64,000 nt of DNA from an uncultured Chloroflexia bacterium (GTDB taxonomy: Bacteria > Chloroflexota > Limnocylindria > Limnocylindrales > CSP1-4): assembly GCA_963752475.1 (NCBI GenBank), contig CAVVYR010000008.1, positions 288,001 to 352,000 on the forward strand. Direction: 5' to 3'. The notes under the pieces were generated by a model. The model was not told where the DNA came from, made no database searches, and saw only the letters and a program-made list of their open reading frames with translations. The position numbers were made by a program, and so were the translations under genes. Below, one piece after another: positions 9,951 through 20,092 of the stretch (within the stretch, counting starts at the first letter, position 1; each line of letters starts with the position of its first letter).

Positions 9951-11188
9951 GCGCAAGCTCCTTGACCACTCGGGCCGCCGGCCCCCTCGATTCCCTGCTG
10001 ACCCAGGTCTCCAGTCGCGTGGCACTGTCGGCCGCGTCACGCATCCAAGTGGGCAGCCTGAAGGTGATCCTGCCCGACGACTCGGTACGGGTCTTCGGCG
10101 ACCGTGACTCGGAGCTGCGGGGCGAGATGCACATCCACGACCTCGAGGCCCTGCGGCGCCTCCTCGTCGGTGGCGAGGTCGGGGGCGGCGAGGCCTACAT
10201 GGACGGGCTCTGGAGCAGTCCGGACCTGGTCGGCCTCATCTCCATGGCCGTGGCCAACCGCGAAGCGCTAGCGCTGTCGAAGGGCTGGTGGCGAACACCG
10301 GCCAAGATCGCCCGCACCATCGGCCATCGCCGCAACCGAAACACGAAGACCGGTTCGCGCCGCAACATCACCGCCCACTATGACTTGGGCAACGACTTCT
10401 ACCGCCTCTGGCTCGACGAGACCATGACCTACTCCTCGGCCGACTTCGAGTCGCCCGACCAGTCCCTCGCCGATGCCCAGCGCAACAAGTACCGCTCGAT
10501 CGCCGCGCGTGCGGGGATCGAGGCGGATGACCACGTGCTCGAGATCGGTACCGGCTGGGGCGGCATGGCGCTGTACCTCGCCGGCGAGCTCGGTGCCAGG
10601 GTGACAACGGTGACCATCTCCCAGGCCCAGCACGACCTCGCACGCGAGCGCATCCTCGAGGCCGGTCTCGGTGACCGCGTCGACGTGCAGCTGCGTGACT
10701 ACCGCGACCTTTCGGGCGAATACGATGCAGTCGTGTCGATCGAGATGCTCGAGGCCGTCGGAGCCGAGTACTACGGCGACTACTTCAAGGCCGTCTCGCG
10801 CTCGCTGAAGCCCGGCGCCCGCGCCAGCATCCAGGTCATCGCCTTCCCCCACGATGCCTACGAGGCCCAGCTGCAAGGCGCCAACTGGATCCAGCGCTAC
10901 ATCTTCCCCGGCGGCGTCCTACCATCCCTCGCGGCCATCCACGAGTCGCTCGAAGGCACCGGCCTGCTGCTCGAAGATGTTCGCGACATCCGTGACAGCT
11001 ACGCACTGACGCTCAAGACCTGGCGAGAGTCGTTCTTCGAACACCTCGACGATGTCCAGGCCATGGGCTTCGATGATCGTTTCGTGCGGATGTGGGACTA
11101 CTATCTCTCCATCAGCGAAGCCGGCTTCCGCACGGGCATGACGCAGGACCTGCAGATCGCCCTGGCCAAGAGCCGCGGACGCCCCTAG
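9947..11188 (+). CDS. cfa: Cyclopropane-fatty-acyl-phospholipid synthase family SAM methyltransferase (UfaM-like)
   Basis: HYDLGNDFY, MTYSS, LEIGTGWG, SIEMLEAVG, YIFPGG, RMWDYYL. Confidence 0.92.
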   Translation: MSASSLTTRAAGPLDSLLTQVSSRVALSAASRIQVGSLKVILPDDSVRVFGDRDSELRGEMHIHDLEALRRLLVGGEVGGGEAYMDGLWSSPDLVGLISMAVANREALALSKGWWRTPAKIARTIGHRRNRNTKTGSRRNITAHYDLGNDFYRLWLDETMTYSSADFESPDQSLADAQRNKYRSIAARAGIEADDHVLEIGTGWGGMALYLAGELGARVTTVTISQAQHDLARERILEAGLGDRVDVQLRDYRDLSGEYDAVVSIEMLEAVGAEYYGDYFKAVSRSLKPGARASIQVIAFPHDAYEAQLQGANWIQRYIFPGGVLPSLAAIHESLEGTGLLLEDVRDIRDSYALTLKTWRESFFEHLDDVQAMGFDDRFVRMWDYYLSISEAGFRTGMTQDLQIALAKSRGRP

Positions 11189-11205
11189 CGACAGGCGGAG
11201 ACAGC

Positions 11206-12645
11206 ATGCGCATCCTCATCGTCGGCGCCAGCGGATACGTCGGCGGCCGGCTGGTCGCACTCCTCGCGGCCGAGGGCCACCAGCTACGCCTCGCCAGCCG
11301 CGATCCGCGCGGCCTCGCCGAGCGGTTCCCAGAGACCGAAGTCGTGCGCGTCGACCTGCTCGACCCGGCGACCCTCCCAGCCGCCCTCGAGGGGATCGAC
11401 ACCGCCTACTACCTGGCCCACTCCATGGCTGGTGGCGAGAAGGGCTTCGAGCTGCGCGACCTGCGCGCGGCTCGCTGGTTCGGTCGGGCCGCCCGTGAAG
11501 CCGGTGTTCGTCATATCGTCTATCTCGGCGGGCTGGGTGACCCCACGAAAGGACTCTCGTCGCACCTCGCCAGCCGCCAGGAGACCGGCGCCGAGCTGGC
11601 CGCACATGGCGTCCCGGTGACCGAGTTCCGAGCCGCGGTCATCATCGGCTCCGGCAGCGCCTCGTTCGAGCTCCTGCGCAGCCTGGTCGAACACCTGCCG
11701 GTGATGGTCACGCCGCGTTGGGTACGCACGCTCTGCCAGCCCATCGCCATCCGCGATGTGCTCGACTACCTGAAGGGCGCCGCCGGACATCCCGAGCGAG
11801 CCGGTGTCGTGGAGATCGGCGGACCGGACGTGCTCTCGTACGCGGAGATGATGCACACCTACGCTCGCCTCAGGGGCATGCGGCGCCTGATGGTGCCGGT
11901 GCCCGTACTGACGCCTCGCCTGAGCTCGTACTGGTGCAACCTGGTCACGCCCGTGCCGGCATCGATCGCACGCCCCCTCATCGAGGGACTACGCAATGAG
12001 GTCGTGGTGCAAGACCCCGAGCCGGCACTGGCATTCGGTGTCCGGACCACGCCGTTCGAGGTCGCGGTCCGTCGTGCCATCGACCGCACCGACCGACACG
12101 CTGTCGAGACCACCTGGTTCGATTCGATGGGGCTTCCCGGTCGACCCGACCTCGCGCGCGACGAGAACCGAGAGGGCATGATCGTGGACCGGCAGCGACG
12201 CGTGGCTCGAGCGACCCCCGAACAGGCGTTCGCTGAAGTGGAGCGGTTGGGCGGGCATGCCGGCTGGCCGTCCGGCAACGCGCTCTGGCGGGTGCGCGGA
12301 CTGCTCGATCGTCTGGTCGGCGGACCCGGGATGCGGCTCGGCCGCCGAGATCCGCAGCGGGTACGCGTGGGTGATGCCGTCGACTTCTGGCGGGTCGAGG
12401 AAGTGCGCCCGGGCGAACTGCTCCGCCTGCGCGCGGAGATGAAGGTGCCGGGACGAGCGTGGTTGCAGTACGAGACGGTCGAAGCACCCGGCGGCTGCCG
12501 GATCGTGCAGACCGCGTTCTTCGAGCCACGCGGCCTGAGTGGCCGCCTCTACTGGTACCTGTTGCTGCCGGTCCACCTGGCCATCTTCAGAAACTCGGTC
12601 CGGGAGCTTGCCCGGCGAGCCGAGGTCGCTGCCGCAGCCGACTGA
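11206..12645 (+). CDS. Atypical SDR with C-terminal DUF2867 (YbjT-like)
   Basis: GASGYVG, YYLAHSM, GSGSASFE, DFWRVE, AEMKVPGRAWL, FEPRGLSGRLYW. Confidence 0.88.
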   Translation: MRILIVGASGYVGGRLVALLAAEGHQLRLASRDPRGLAERFPETEVVRVDLLDPATLPAALEGIDTAYYLAHSMAGGEKGFELRDLRAARWFGRAAREAGVRHIVYLGGLGDPTKGLSSHLASRQETGAELAAHGVPVTEFRAAVIIGSGSASFELLRSLVEHLPVMVTPRWVRTLCQPIAIRDVLDYLKGAAGHPERAGVVEIGGPDVLSYAEMMHTYARLRGMRRLMVPVPVLTPRLSSYWCNLVTPVPASIARPLIEGLRNEVVVQDPEPALAFGVRTTPFEVAVRRAIDRTDRHAVETTWFDSMGLPGRPDLARDENREGMIVDRQRRVARATPEQAFAEVERLGGHAGWPSGNALWRVRGLLDRLVGGPGMRLGRRDPQRVRVGDAVDFWRVEEVRPGELLRLRAEMKVPGRAWLQYETVEAPGGCRIVQTAFFEPRGLSGRLYWYLLLPVHLAIFRNSVRELARRAEVAAAAD

Positions 12646-12651
12646 AGCGAG

Positions 12652-14037
12652 TCAGTCTGCCCTTGTCGCGGCCTTGAAGGCGGCCAAGGCACGTGCTCTG
12701 CCCTCGGCCAGATCAACGATGGGATCGGGGTAGCCTCCGACCGGTACGTCCCACTCCCACGGCGCGTGCACGTAGCGGTTGGGCACGAGCTCGAGCTCCG
12801 GCACCCAGCGGCGCACCCAGCCACCCTCGGGATCGAAGCGCTGACCCTGGCGCACGGGGTTGAGGATACGGAACCAGGGCTGGGCGTCCAGACCCACGCC
12901 GGCGGACCACTCCCAGCCTCCGCGGTTGTTGGCCACGTCGCCATCGATGAGATGCGCCATGAAGTGCCGCTCGCCGATGCGCCAGTCCATGAGCAGATGA
13001 CGTGTAAGGAAGGAGGCCGTGATGAGGCGCGCCCGATTGCTCATCCAGCCGGTGCTTGCGAGCTGACGCATGGCCGCGTCGACCGTCGGGATCCCGGTGC
13101 TGCCTTCGCGCCAGGCCGCGACCGCGGCAGGGTCGTCCGCCTCGGTGCGGAAGGCTGACGCGAGCGGTGAGGGACCGCGTGGCTCGGTCGCCTGATGGTG
13201 CAGATGGTGGTGGTACAGCTCCCGCCAAGCGAGCTGCCGCGTGAAGGCTTCAGCTTCGCTGCCCAGCTCGCTCGCGGCCGACTCGACCTGCAGCGGCGAG
13301 AGCGTCCCGAAGTGCAGATCAGCGCCGAGGTGTGAGCTTCCCGAGCCATCGAGGAGCTCGCGCCCGCTGGCGTAGCTCGCGAGCCCACCAGCGATCCATC
13401 GGTCGAGGCGCAGCGCTGCGTTGGCCTCTCCGGACGCCGGCAGGTCCGGCGATGGCGGGGCCTCCCCTTCCGGCTCGAGCGAGCCACGCAGGTGTTCGGG
13501 AGCCGTGGGCACAGCCGTCGGTGCCGGCAGCAGCTGGCGACGCGGCTCACGCTGCAGCTTGCGCCAGAAAGGCGTGAAGACGGTGTAGGGGCGACCGGCC
13601 CCCGTGCGCACCTGTTCGGGATCGGCCAAGAGGAGGCCATCTCGCAGTTCCAGCGTTCGGCCCTCGCGCTCGAGCGCGGCCGCAACCGCGGTATCGCGCC
13701 TCCGTGCGAACGGCGTCACATCGGCACTCGCCAGCACCGCATCGGCGCCCACGGATCGTGCGACCTCGGGTACGACCACGATCGGGTCGCCGGACCGCAC
13801 CAGCAAGCCGCTCTCGCGTTCGCGGAGTGCGTCATCTAGCGCGACCATCGAACGGCGCAGGAACGAAGTCCGCGCGGGTGCCGCAGTCGCCAGCAGCCGC
13901 TCATCAAGGACATAGAGGGGAACCACGAAGCGGGCCGAAGCGATGGCCTCGGTCAAGGCCGGGTGGTCGGCGAGGCGCAGGTCCCGCCGGAACCAGACCA
14001 CCACGGTATCTCTGGGTCGAACCTTGTACAACGTCAT
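12652..14037 (-). CDS. phrB: Deoxyribodipyrimidine photolyase (class I/III)
   Basis: VWFRRDLRLADHPAL, LHFGTLSP, QLAWRE, VDAAMRQL..TGWMSNRAR, DGDVANN, YPDPIVD; exact start uncertain. Confidence 0.92.
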   Translation of the reverse strand: MTLYKVRPRDTVVVWFRRDLRLADHPALTEAIASARFVVPLYVLDERLLATAAPARTSFLRRSMVALDDALRERESGLLVRSGDPIVVVPEVARSVGADAVLASADVTPFARRRDTAVAAALEREGRTLELRDGLLLADPEQVRTGAGRPYTVFTPFWRKLQREPRRQLLPAPTAVPTAPEHLRGSLEPEGEAPPSPDLPASGEANAALRLDRWIAGGLASYASGRELLDGSGSSHLGADLHFGTLSPLQVESAASELGSEAEAFTRQLAWRELYHHHLHHQATEPRGPSPLASAFRTEADDPAAVAAWREGSTGIPTVDAAMRQLASTGWMSNRARLITASFLTRHLLMDWRIGERHFMAHLIDGDVANNRGGWEWSAGVGLDAQPWFRILNPVRQGQRFDPEGGWVRRWVPELELVPNRYVHAPWEWDVPVGGYPDPIVDLAEGRARALAAFKAATRAD

Positions 14038-14109
14038 GGCCAACATTGTACAACCCCTTGACGCGCACGCCAGAACGCCCTACTATTTGCGGTGTACAAA
14101 CCATGTACA
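14025..14109. promoter_or_regulatory. Divergent promoter with CarH-type operators; sigma70-type promoter for the + strand operon
   Basis: TTGACG (14058)-17 bp-TACTAT (14081); TGTACA at 14025, 14047, 14093, 14104 (spacings of 22 and 11 within the two pairs). Confidence 0.78.
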
Positions 14110-14125
14110 ACCAAGGACTGACCCG

Positions 14126-15565
14126 ATGACGAAGCACATCCTCAGCAGCCGCCACACCATCCCAGCCGATCTCGAGACCGTGTGGGACTTCTTCTCGCGC
14201 GCTGAGAATCTGGGCCGCATCACGCCGCGCCCGATGGACTTCCAGATCCATACCGACGAACCGTCGACCGAGAGTGGTTCGACGATCGACTACACCCTCC
14301 GCCCGCTCTTCGGGATCCCCGCCAACTGGCGGACGCGCATCGAGTCGGTCGACGCTCCCCACCATTTCCGTGACGTCCAGGAGCGCGGGCCCTACAAGTC
14401 CTGGGTGCACGAACATCGCTTCACCGAAGTCGAAGGCGGCATCCGCATGGATGACCGCGTCGAATACGAGATGCCGTACGGCCCCCTCGGTGCCCTCGGC
14501 CACCGGCTGGCGGTCGAGGCCCAGCTGCAGTACGTCTTCGACTTCCGCACCACTGCTGTCAACCAGATCTTCGAACCGGCCCCGCGACGCGACGACGGCC
14601 CTCCCTCCGTCGTCGCCGTCGCCGGTGGCACCGGGTTCGTGGGCGGTGAGATCGCCCGAGAGCTGCGCCGCCGCGGGCGCCGTGTCATCGCCCTTTCCTC
14701 CAGGGGTGAGGGCGCCCGCGGACAGCTCCCCGACGACATCGAGATCCGTGTCGCCGACATCCGCAAGCCCGAGACGCTGCGTGCCGCGCTCGAGGATGTC
14801 GACGAGCTGGTCGTCTCACTGGCCTTCCCGGGTCTTCCCGTGGAGCAGCCCAAAAAGGGCCTGACCTTCGACGAGATCGACGCCGGCGGCACCGAGAACC
14901 TCGTGACTGCCGGCCGTGAGGCTGGTGTCGGCTCCGTGGTCTACATCTCAGGCGCCGGCGCGGCACACGACGCGAAGCGCCATTGGTTCCGAGCCAAGGC
15001 CAGGGCAGAGGACGCCGTCCGTGGCTCTGGCATGCGCTGGACCATCATCCGGCCCACTTGGGTCTTCGGACCCGGCGACGTCTCGCTCAACCGCTTCCTT
15101 GGCTTCGCCCGTGTGCTCCCCGTCGTGCCCATGACCAACTTCGGCAGCCAGCAGCTGGCGCCGGTCTTCGTGCGTGATGTAGCCGAGCTCGCGGCCGACG
15201 CCTTGGTCGACGACGCCGCGGCCGAGCAGATCTTCGATATCGGCGGACCCGAGACGCTCTCGATGCGCGATGTCCTGCATCGTGCCATGGACGTTGCCGG
15301 CACCGGCAAGCTGCTGCTCCCGGCACCAGCCGTGCTCGTCAAGCTCGCCGCTTGGCCGATGCGCTTCCTGCCGAACCCACCGCTGAGCCCGGACGCTGTC
15401 GATTTCGTCAACCAGCCGGCCACCGTCGACGTCGAGCCGCTGATGCGACGCATGCCGCGAACGCTGACATCCCTGGAACAGGGGCTGCGAACGTACCTCG
15501 GTCCCGACCAGACCAGCGTCTCCATCGGGGATGCCACCGCGAAGGAGGCTGGACCGGCCGCCTGA
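14126..15565 (+). CDS. SRPBCC domain fused to an NDUFA9-like NAD(P)-binding atypical SDR
   Basis: VWDFFSRAENL..ITP and DVQERGPYKSWVHEHRF (SRPBCC), then AGGTGFVG, RPTWVFGPGD, IGGPE. Confidence 0.85.
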   Translation: MTKHILSSRHTIPADLETVWDFFSRAENLGRITPRPMDFQIHTDEPSTESGSTIDYTLRPLFGIPANWRTRIESVDAPHHFRDVQERGPYKSWVHEHRFTEVEGGIRMDDRVEYEMPYGPLGALGHRLAVEAQLQYVFDFRTTAVNQIFEPAPRRDDGPPSVVAVAGGTGFVGGEIARELRRRGRRVIALSSRGEGARGQLPDDIEIRVADIRKPETLRAALEDVDELVVSLAFPGLPVEQPKKGLTFDEIDAGGTENLVTAGREAGVGSVVYISGAGAAHDAKRHWFRAKARAEDAVRGSGMRWTIIRPTWVFGPGDVSLNRFLGFARVLPVVPMTNFGSQQLAPVFVRDVAELAADALVDDAAAEQIFDIGGPETLSMRDVLHRAMDVAGTGKLLLPAPAVLVKLAAWPMRFLPNPPLSPDAVDFVNQPATVDVEPLMRRMPRTLTSLEQGLRTYLGPDQTSVSIGDATAKEAGPAA

Positions 15566-15582
15566 GCGTCCATCCGAATCCC

Positions 15583-17760
15583 ATGATCGAAGCCCCTCTC
15601 TACCTCGACGGCGCGCGCCGTGTCACACCTCGCGTCGAGCTCCTGCGGAGCCCTGGAAACCCGGCCATCCAGGTCGCCTCCGCGCTCGACCGGGTACGGC
15701 GCGCGCCGACCATCCTCGAAGCCATGCGCACCCTCCGCGAAGTCACGCCGGTGGTGGACGCTTCGCGGGCCGATGGCGTCGATGACGCGTTGATGCAGCC
15801 CCTCCTCGAGGCCATCGACGACCGCTCCGACACCGTCACCGGGCTGACCGCGGTGCACGCCCTCGCCCGCGTGCCGGGAACCCGCGCTGCCATCGCCCTC
15901 TACGACCTCGTAAGCGACGGTCGACCGGGCTTCGAGGAGCACACACTCTGGGCGCTCAGCGCCCGTCCTACCACCCAAGTGCTGGTCTCGCCGGTCGCAC
16001 GAGCGGTCGGCCGGGGCGGCTTCGGCGGCATGCTCGCACAGCAGGCACTGGCGGCATGGGCCACCACCGACCCTCATCTGGTACTGGCTGCGCTCGAAGC
16101 CGTCCTGACCGAGGTCGAGACCACGTCAGCACGCCGCTACGTGGTGGAGACGATGGGGCTCGTGCCCGGCTTGCTGGCACGGGTGGCGCTCGAGCGGATC
16201 GCGCTTGACCCTGACGAGGCCGGGGCCGTACGACGAACGGCGGTGCTCGCCTTCAGCGAACCACACCGCGGACGACTCCCAGCGGGCCTCGATGGGATGC
16301 ACGGTACCGTCGGCGAAGCGGTCCGGGCTGTTCGCGCCCACCGGCAGCTGCTCCGGCGGGGGCCTCGACGCGCTCCACATCGCGACGGCATGCGCGTGGC
16401 CCAGGTCCACCTCGGCGAGACCGGTGGGCTGTCCACCCTACTTCCGCAGCTCGGCGACGCGCTGGCTGGGCAACAGCGAGTCGCCGAGCCCCTCACCATC
16501 GTCCGCGCCGGGATGGACGTGGCCCCGCTGGCCCCTGACCATCGCGTCGAGGAGCTCTCGCTCGAAAGCGGAGAGGGCGGTACGTTCAACGCACGATGGC
16601 CGGCAACCACGGCCATCGCCCGAGGTGTCCGAGCCGCATTCCTGGCCGGCCCCCTGCCTGACGTCGTCCACGCCCGCATGGCCGACCCCGCGACGTACGC
16701 GGCGGCAGAGGTCGCGCTCTCCTACGGCATCCCCCTCGTCTTCACGTTCGCGCCCGACCCTCACGGACCCATCGACACGGCCGAATCGGCCGGCACGCTC
16801 GATCGACGGACGTTCGCGACACAGGACGCGCAGGCGGCGCTCTGGTTCCGCGCCAGCCTGGTGGAGCGCCTGGCTCACGAGGCACGCGAGCTGGTGCTCT
16901 TCCCTCGCACCGGTCTGCCCGACGAGCTCAAGCGGCTCACCGGCGTGGACCTTCGATCGGGCCCCCCACGTCACACCGTCGTGGCCGAGGGCATCGACCT
17001 CAGCGCGACCGAGCACGCTGCCACGGAGGTGTCGCTCACCGAAGACCGACCAGGAGTCCTCCGCGACCTGCATGACGCCCTCCGCCGGCTGCCCAGCGAC
17101 CGGCATGGCCTGCCTCTCGTCGTCAGTGCGGGCAGGCTCATCGAGCTCAAGGGCATGGCTCGGCTGGTGAAGGCCTTCGCCGACGACGCGACGCTCGGCG
17201 AACGCGCGAACCTCGTGGTCATCGGCGGCGACCTCAACGACCCCTCAGCCGCAGAGGCTGCCGAGCTCGCGCGCATCCAGGGCCACCTCGAAGATCATCC
17301 TCGACTCCGCGATCGGGTGGTCCTGCTCGGACGCCGTTCTCATGAGGACGTGGCACTCGTGCTCGCGGCCGCCCGATGTGGCTGGGGTCCGACCATCGGG
17401 CCCGCCGGAAGCTACGCCTCCGCCTCGACGAAGGAGGAGTTCGGCCTGGCCATCGTAGAGGCGCTGGCGGCAGGACTGCCGGCCACCGCCCCGCTCACCG
17501 GCGGACCAGCCACCTATATCGAGCCGGGTCGGACCGGCACGCTCACCGACACCAGCGATACCGCCGCGCTCGCCAAGGCTATCGACGCGTCCCTCGATCT
17601 GGCCGCGAGGCCAGGCACTGCCGGTCGCGCGCGTGCCACCGTCGAGGATCGCTACACGCTCGAGCGCATGGCCCGCTCGCTCACGGCCGTCTATCGCGTG
17701 ACCGTGGGCGCCTCCACGCTCTCTGCAGCCGTCGTCGAGTCGACCGAGACAGCAGCATGA
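15583..17760 (+). CDS. GT4-type glycosyltransferase with N-terminal HEAT-like helical repeats
   Basis: TGGLSTLL, VSAGRLIELKGM, STKEEFGLAIVEALAAGLP; N-terminal AVHALARV/LWALS helical repeats. Confidence 0.8.
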   Translation: MIEAPLYLDGARRVTPRVELLRSPGNPAIQVASALDRVRRAPTILEAMRTLREVTPVVDASRADGVDDALMQPLLEAIDDRSDTVTGLTAVHALARVPGTRAAIALYDLVSDGRPGFEEHTLWALSARPTTQVLVSPVARAVGRGGFGGMLAQQALAAWATTDPHLVLAALEAVLTEVETTSARRYVVETMGLVPGLLARVALERIALDPDEAGAVRRTAVLAFSEPHRGRLPAGLDGMHGTVGEAVRAVRAHRQLLRRGPRRAPHRDGMRVAQVHLGETGGLSTLLPQLGDALAGQQRVAEPLTIVRAGMDVAPLAPDHRVEELSLESGEGGTFNARWPATTAIARGVRAAFLAGPLPDVVHARMADPATYAAAEVALSYGIPLVFTFAPDPHGPIDTAESAGTLDRRTFATQDAQAALWFRASLVERLAHEARELVLFPRTGLPDELKRLTGVDLRSGPPRHTVVAEGIDLSATEHAATEVSLTEDRPGVLRDLHDALRRLPSDRHGLPLVVSAGRLIELKGMARLVKAFADDATLGERANLVVIGGDLNDPSAAEAAELARIQGHLEDHPRLRDRVVLLGRRSHEDVALVLAAARCGWGPTIGPAGSYASASTKEEFGLAIVEALAAGLPATAPLTGGPATYIEPGRTGTLTDTSDTAALAKAIDASLDLAARPGTAGRARATVEDRYTLERMARSLTAVYRVTVGASTLSAAVVESTETAA

Positions 17761-19106
17761 GGCTGCTCGTCATCACTCCGGACTATCTGTCGCACGCGCT
17801 GCCGATGCTGACCATCGCCGACGCCTGGCAGCGGCGTGGCCATCGCGTGGTCGTAGCCACCGGGCCGGCCATGGCACCGCTGGTGCGCACCACGGGCATG
17901 GAGCATACGGAACTCATCATGTCGCGTGGCTCGAACGCCGGGATGCTGCGTAGCGCGACGGCGCAGGATGCCGAAGCACGCTCGCTCCAGGCCTTCTTCG
18001 CGGCGACTCGCGAGGGTATGGTGCCGACATTGCGCTACCAAGCCGAACAGCGCGCCACCGACCTGCTGTGGCGGCCGGAGCAGGTGGCGCGGCGCGTGCT
18101 CAACATCATGGCTGACGTCCGCCCCTCGGCCGTGCTCCTTGACCACCTCGCATTCAGCGCCGCCATCGGCCTTCGAGCGCTGGGCGTGCCGTACGGTGAC
18201 GTCGTTCTCGGCCACCCGACGGCCCTGCCGGTCGGCAACGAGGTCTACGGGATGCCCTCCGCCTGGCCCCCGGCCATGGGCCCTGATGCGGTCGACCTGA
18301 CCGACCTTCGCGCGGTCACCGAAGGCGTCACCGTCGCCTTCACCCACGCCTTCAACGAGACGCTCCGATCCATCGAGCCCAGCGTGGATGGCGTGGATGA
18401 CGCGTTCGCCGCACACGGCGAGCTCGTCCTCTACTCCTATCCGGCCGAGATGCACGGACCCATCCGCTCGGCGAAGCTGCCGCGCCACGCATTCATCGGC
18501 AGCGCCGTTCGCCAGGAGTCCGCGGACCCGGGCACGATGGCCTGGCTCGCGAAGTCGGACCGCCGTCCGCTCGTGGTGGTCTCCCTGGGCACGTTCCTCT
18601 CCGACCGTGTCGACGTGCTCGGGCGCATCGCGGCCGCACTTCGCAAGGTCGATGTGCGCGTCGCCATGGCCGTCGGCGACAACGACCCGGCCGCGCTGGG
18701 GGAGCTGCCGAGCGATTGGCTCGTCCGCCCTAGCCTGGCCCAGGTGACGCTGCTTGAGCAGGCCTCGGTGCTGATCACGCACGGTGGCAACAACTCCATC
18801 ACCGAGGCGCTGACGTTCGGGGTGCCGATGCTGGTGATGCCTTTCTCGACCGACCAGTTCGACGGAGCCGCCGCGGTGGAGCGGCATCTTGCCGGCATCG
18901 CGCTCGACCCCAACTCGGCCTCGCGTCCCCTCATCGCGGGTGGGGTCAGGGGCCTGCTGCGCAACCCACCACCGCTGCCCGGCAAGCTTGGCGCCCGCCT
19001 GCGTGCGAACCCCGGACCGGAAGTGGCCTTCGAGGCCATGTCCACCCTGCCGGACCTGCGCAGCATCGTCCCTGACTCGCGGGGGCGGACCGTGCTTGCC
19101 TCGTGA
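17757..19106 (+). CDS. GT1 (MGT/UDPGT-like) glycosyltransferase
   Basis: SHALPM, VVSLGT, LITHGGNNSITEALTFGVPMLVMPFSTDQ (PSPG-like box). Confidence 0.88.
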   Translation: MRLLVITPDYLSHALPMLTIADAWQRRGHRVVVATGPAMAPLVRTTGMEHTELIMSRGSNAGMLRSATAQDAEARSLQAFFAATREGMVPTLRYQAEQRATDLLWRPEQVARRVLNIMADVRPSAVLLDHLAFSAAIGLRALGVPYGDVVLGHPTALPVGNEVYGMPSAWPPAMGPDAVDLTDLRAVTEGVTVAFTHAFNETLRSIEPSVDGVDDAFAAHGELVLYSYPAEMHGPIRSAKLPRHAFIGSAVRQESADPGTMAWLAKSDRRPLVVVSLGTFLSDRVDVLGRIAAALRKVDVRVAMAVGDNDPAALGELPSDWLVRPSLAQVTLLEQASVLITHGGNNSITEALTFGVPMLVMPFSTDQFDGAAAVERHLAGIALDPNSASRPLIAGGVRGLLRNPPPLPGKLGARLRANPGPEVAFEAMSTLPDLRSIVPDSRGRTVLAS

Positions 19107-20092
19107 ACGAGTCAGAGCGCGAGTCACTGCCCCCGGTCGAAGAGCTCGAGCCCCCGGCGCACCGTGAGGTGCAGGTGCGTCCATATGACGCCCAGCAGTT
19201 GCTCATCGATCTCGAACCGACAGCCGCGCGCCTGCTCGACCGTCACCTCGGGATCGCCGAGGACTGGCTGCCGCACGAGTACATCCCCTACAGCCAGGGT
19301 CGCGACTTCGACAAGGAGCCCTGGACGCCTGACCAGCCACGCCTCAGTGGTGTGGCTCGCACGTCCTTCGAGGTCAACCTCCTGACCGAGGACAACCTGC
19401 CCTCCTACCACCGCCTCATCTACGGCATGTTCGGCAGCGGCGATGGTGCCTGGATCAACTGGGTCGGGCGCTGGACGGCCGAGGAGGGCCGGCACGCGAT
19501 CGTGCTGCGCGACTACCTCACGGTCACCCGCAACCTCGACCCGGCGGCGCTCGAGCAGTCACGCATGGCGCAGGTCGAGCAGGGCTACGAGCGACCGACC
19601 CTCGATCCACTCCGGGGACTGGCCTATGTGGCACTCCAGGAAGTGGCCACGCGGGCGGCCCATCGAAACACCGGTCGTTACTCCGACGATCCGGTGGCTG
19701 ATCGCATCATGGCCCGCATCTCGGCTGACGAGAACCTCCATGCCACCTTCTACCGCGACGTTCTCGCCGCGGCAGCGGAAGCACATCCATCAGCGACCGT
19801 AGAGGCGGTGACGGCCGAGATCCTGGGCTTCGAGATGCCCGGGGCCGGCATCGCGGGGTTCCGCCGCAAGGCGGCCGAGATCGCCCTCGCGGGCATCTAC
19901 GACCTGCGCATCCACCGCGACGAGGTCGTCATGCCGCTGGTGCGCAAGCTGCGCCTCTTCGAGCTCACTGGCCTGAGCCCCACCGCCGAGGCCGCCCGCG
20001 CCGAGCTGGGCACGTTCCTCGAGGACATGGAGGCCTCCGCCCGCAGGTTGGAAGAACGCCGCGAGCGGACGGCCGCGCGCAAGAGCCACTAG
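19103..20092 (+). CDS. Soluble acyl-ACP desaturase (DesA1-like diiron protein)
   Basis: WLPHEYIP, NLLTEDNLPSYH, WTAEEGRH, LQEVAT, DENLH, FEMPG. Confidence 0.92.
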   Translation: MNESERESLPPVEELEPPAHREVQVRPYDAQQLLIDLEPTAARLLDRHLGIAEDWLPHEYIPYSQGRDFDKEPWTPDQPRLSGVARTSFEVNLLTEDNLPSYHRLIYGMFGSGDGAWINWVGRWTAEEGRHAIVLRDYLTVTRNLDPAALEQSRMAQVEQGYERPTLDPLRGLAYVALQEVATRAAHRNTGRYSDDPVADRIMARISADENLHATFYRDVLAAAAEAHPSATVEAVTAEILGFEMPGAGIAGFRRKAAEIALAGIYDLRIHRDEVVMPLVRKLRLFELTGLSPTAEAARAELGTFLEDMEASARRLEERRERTAARKSH

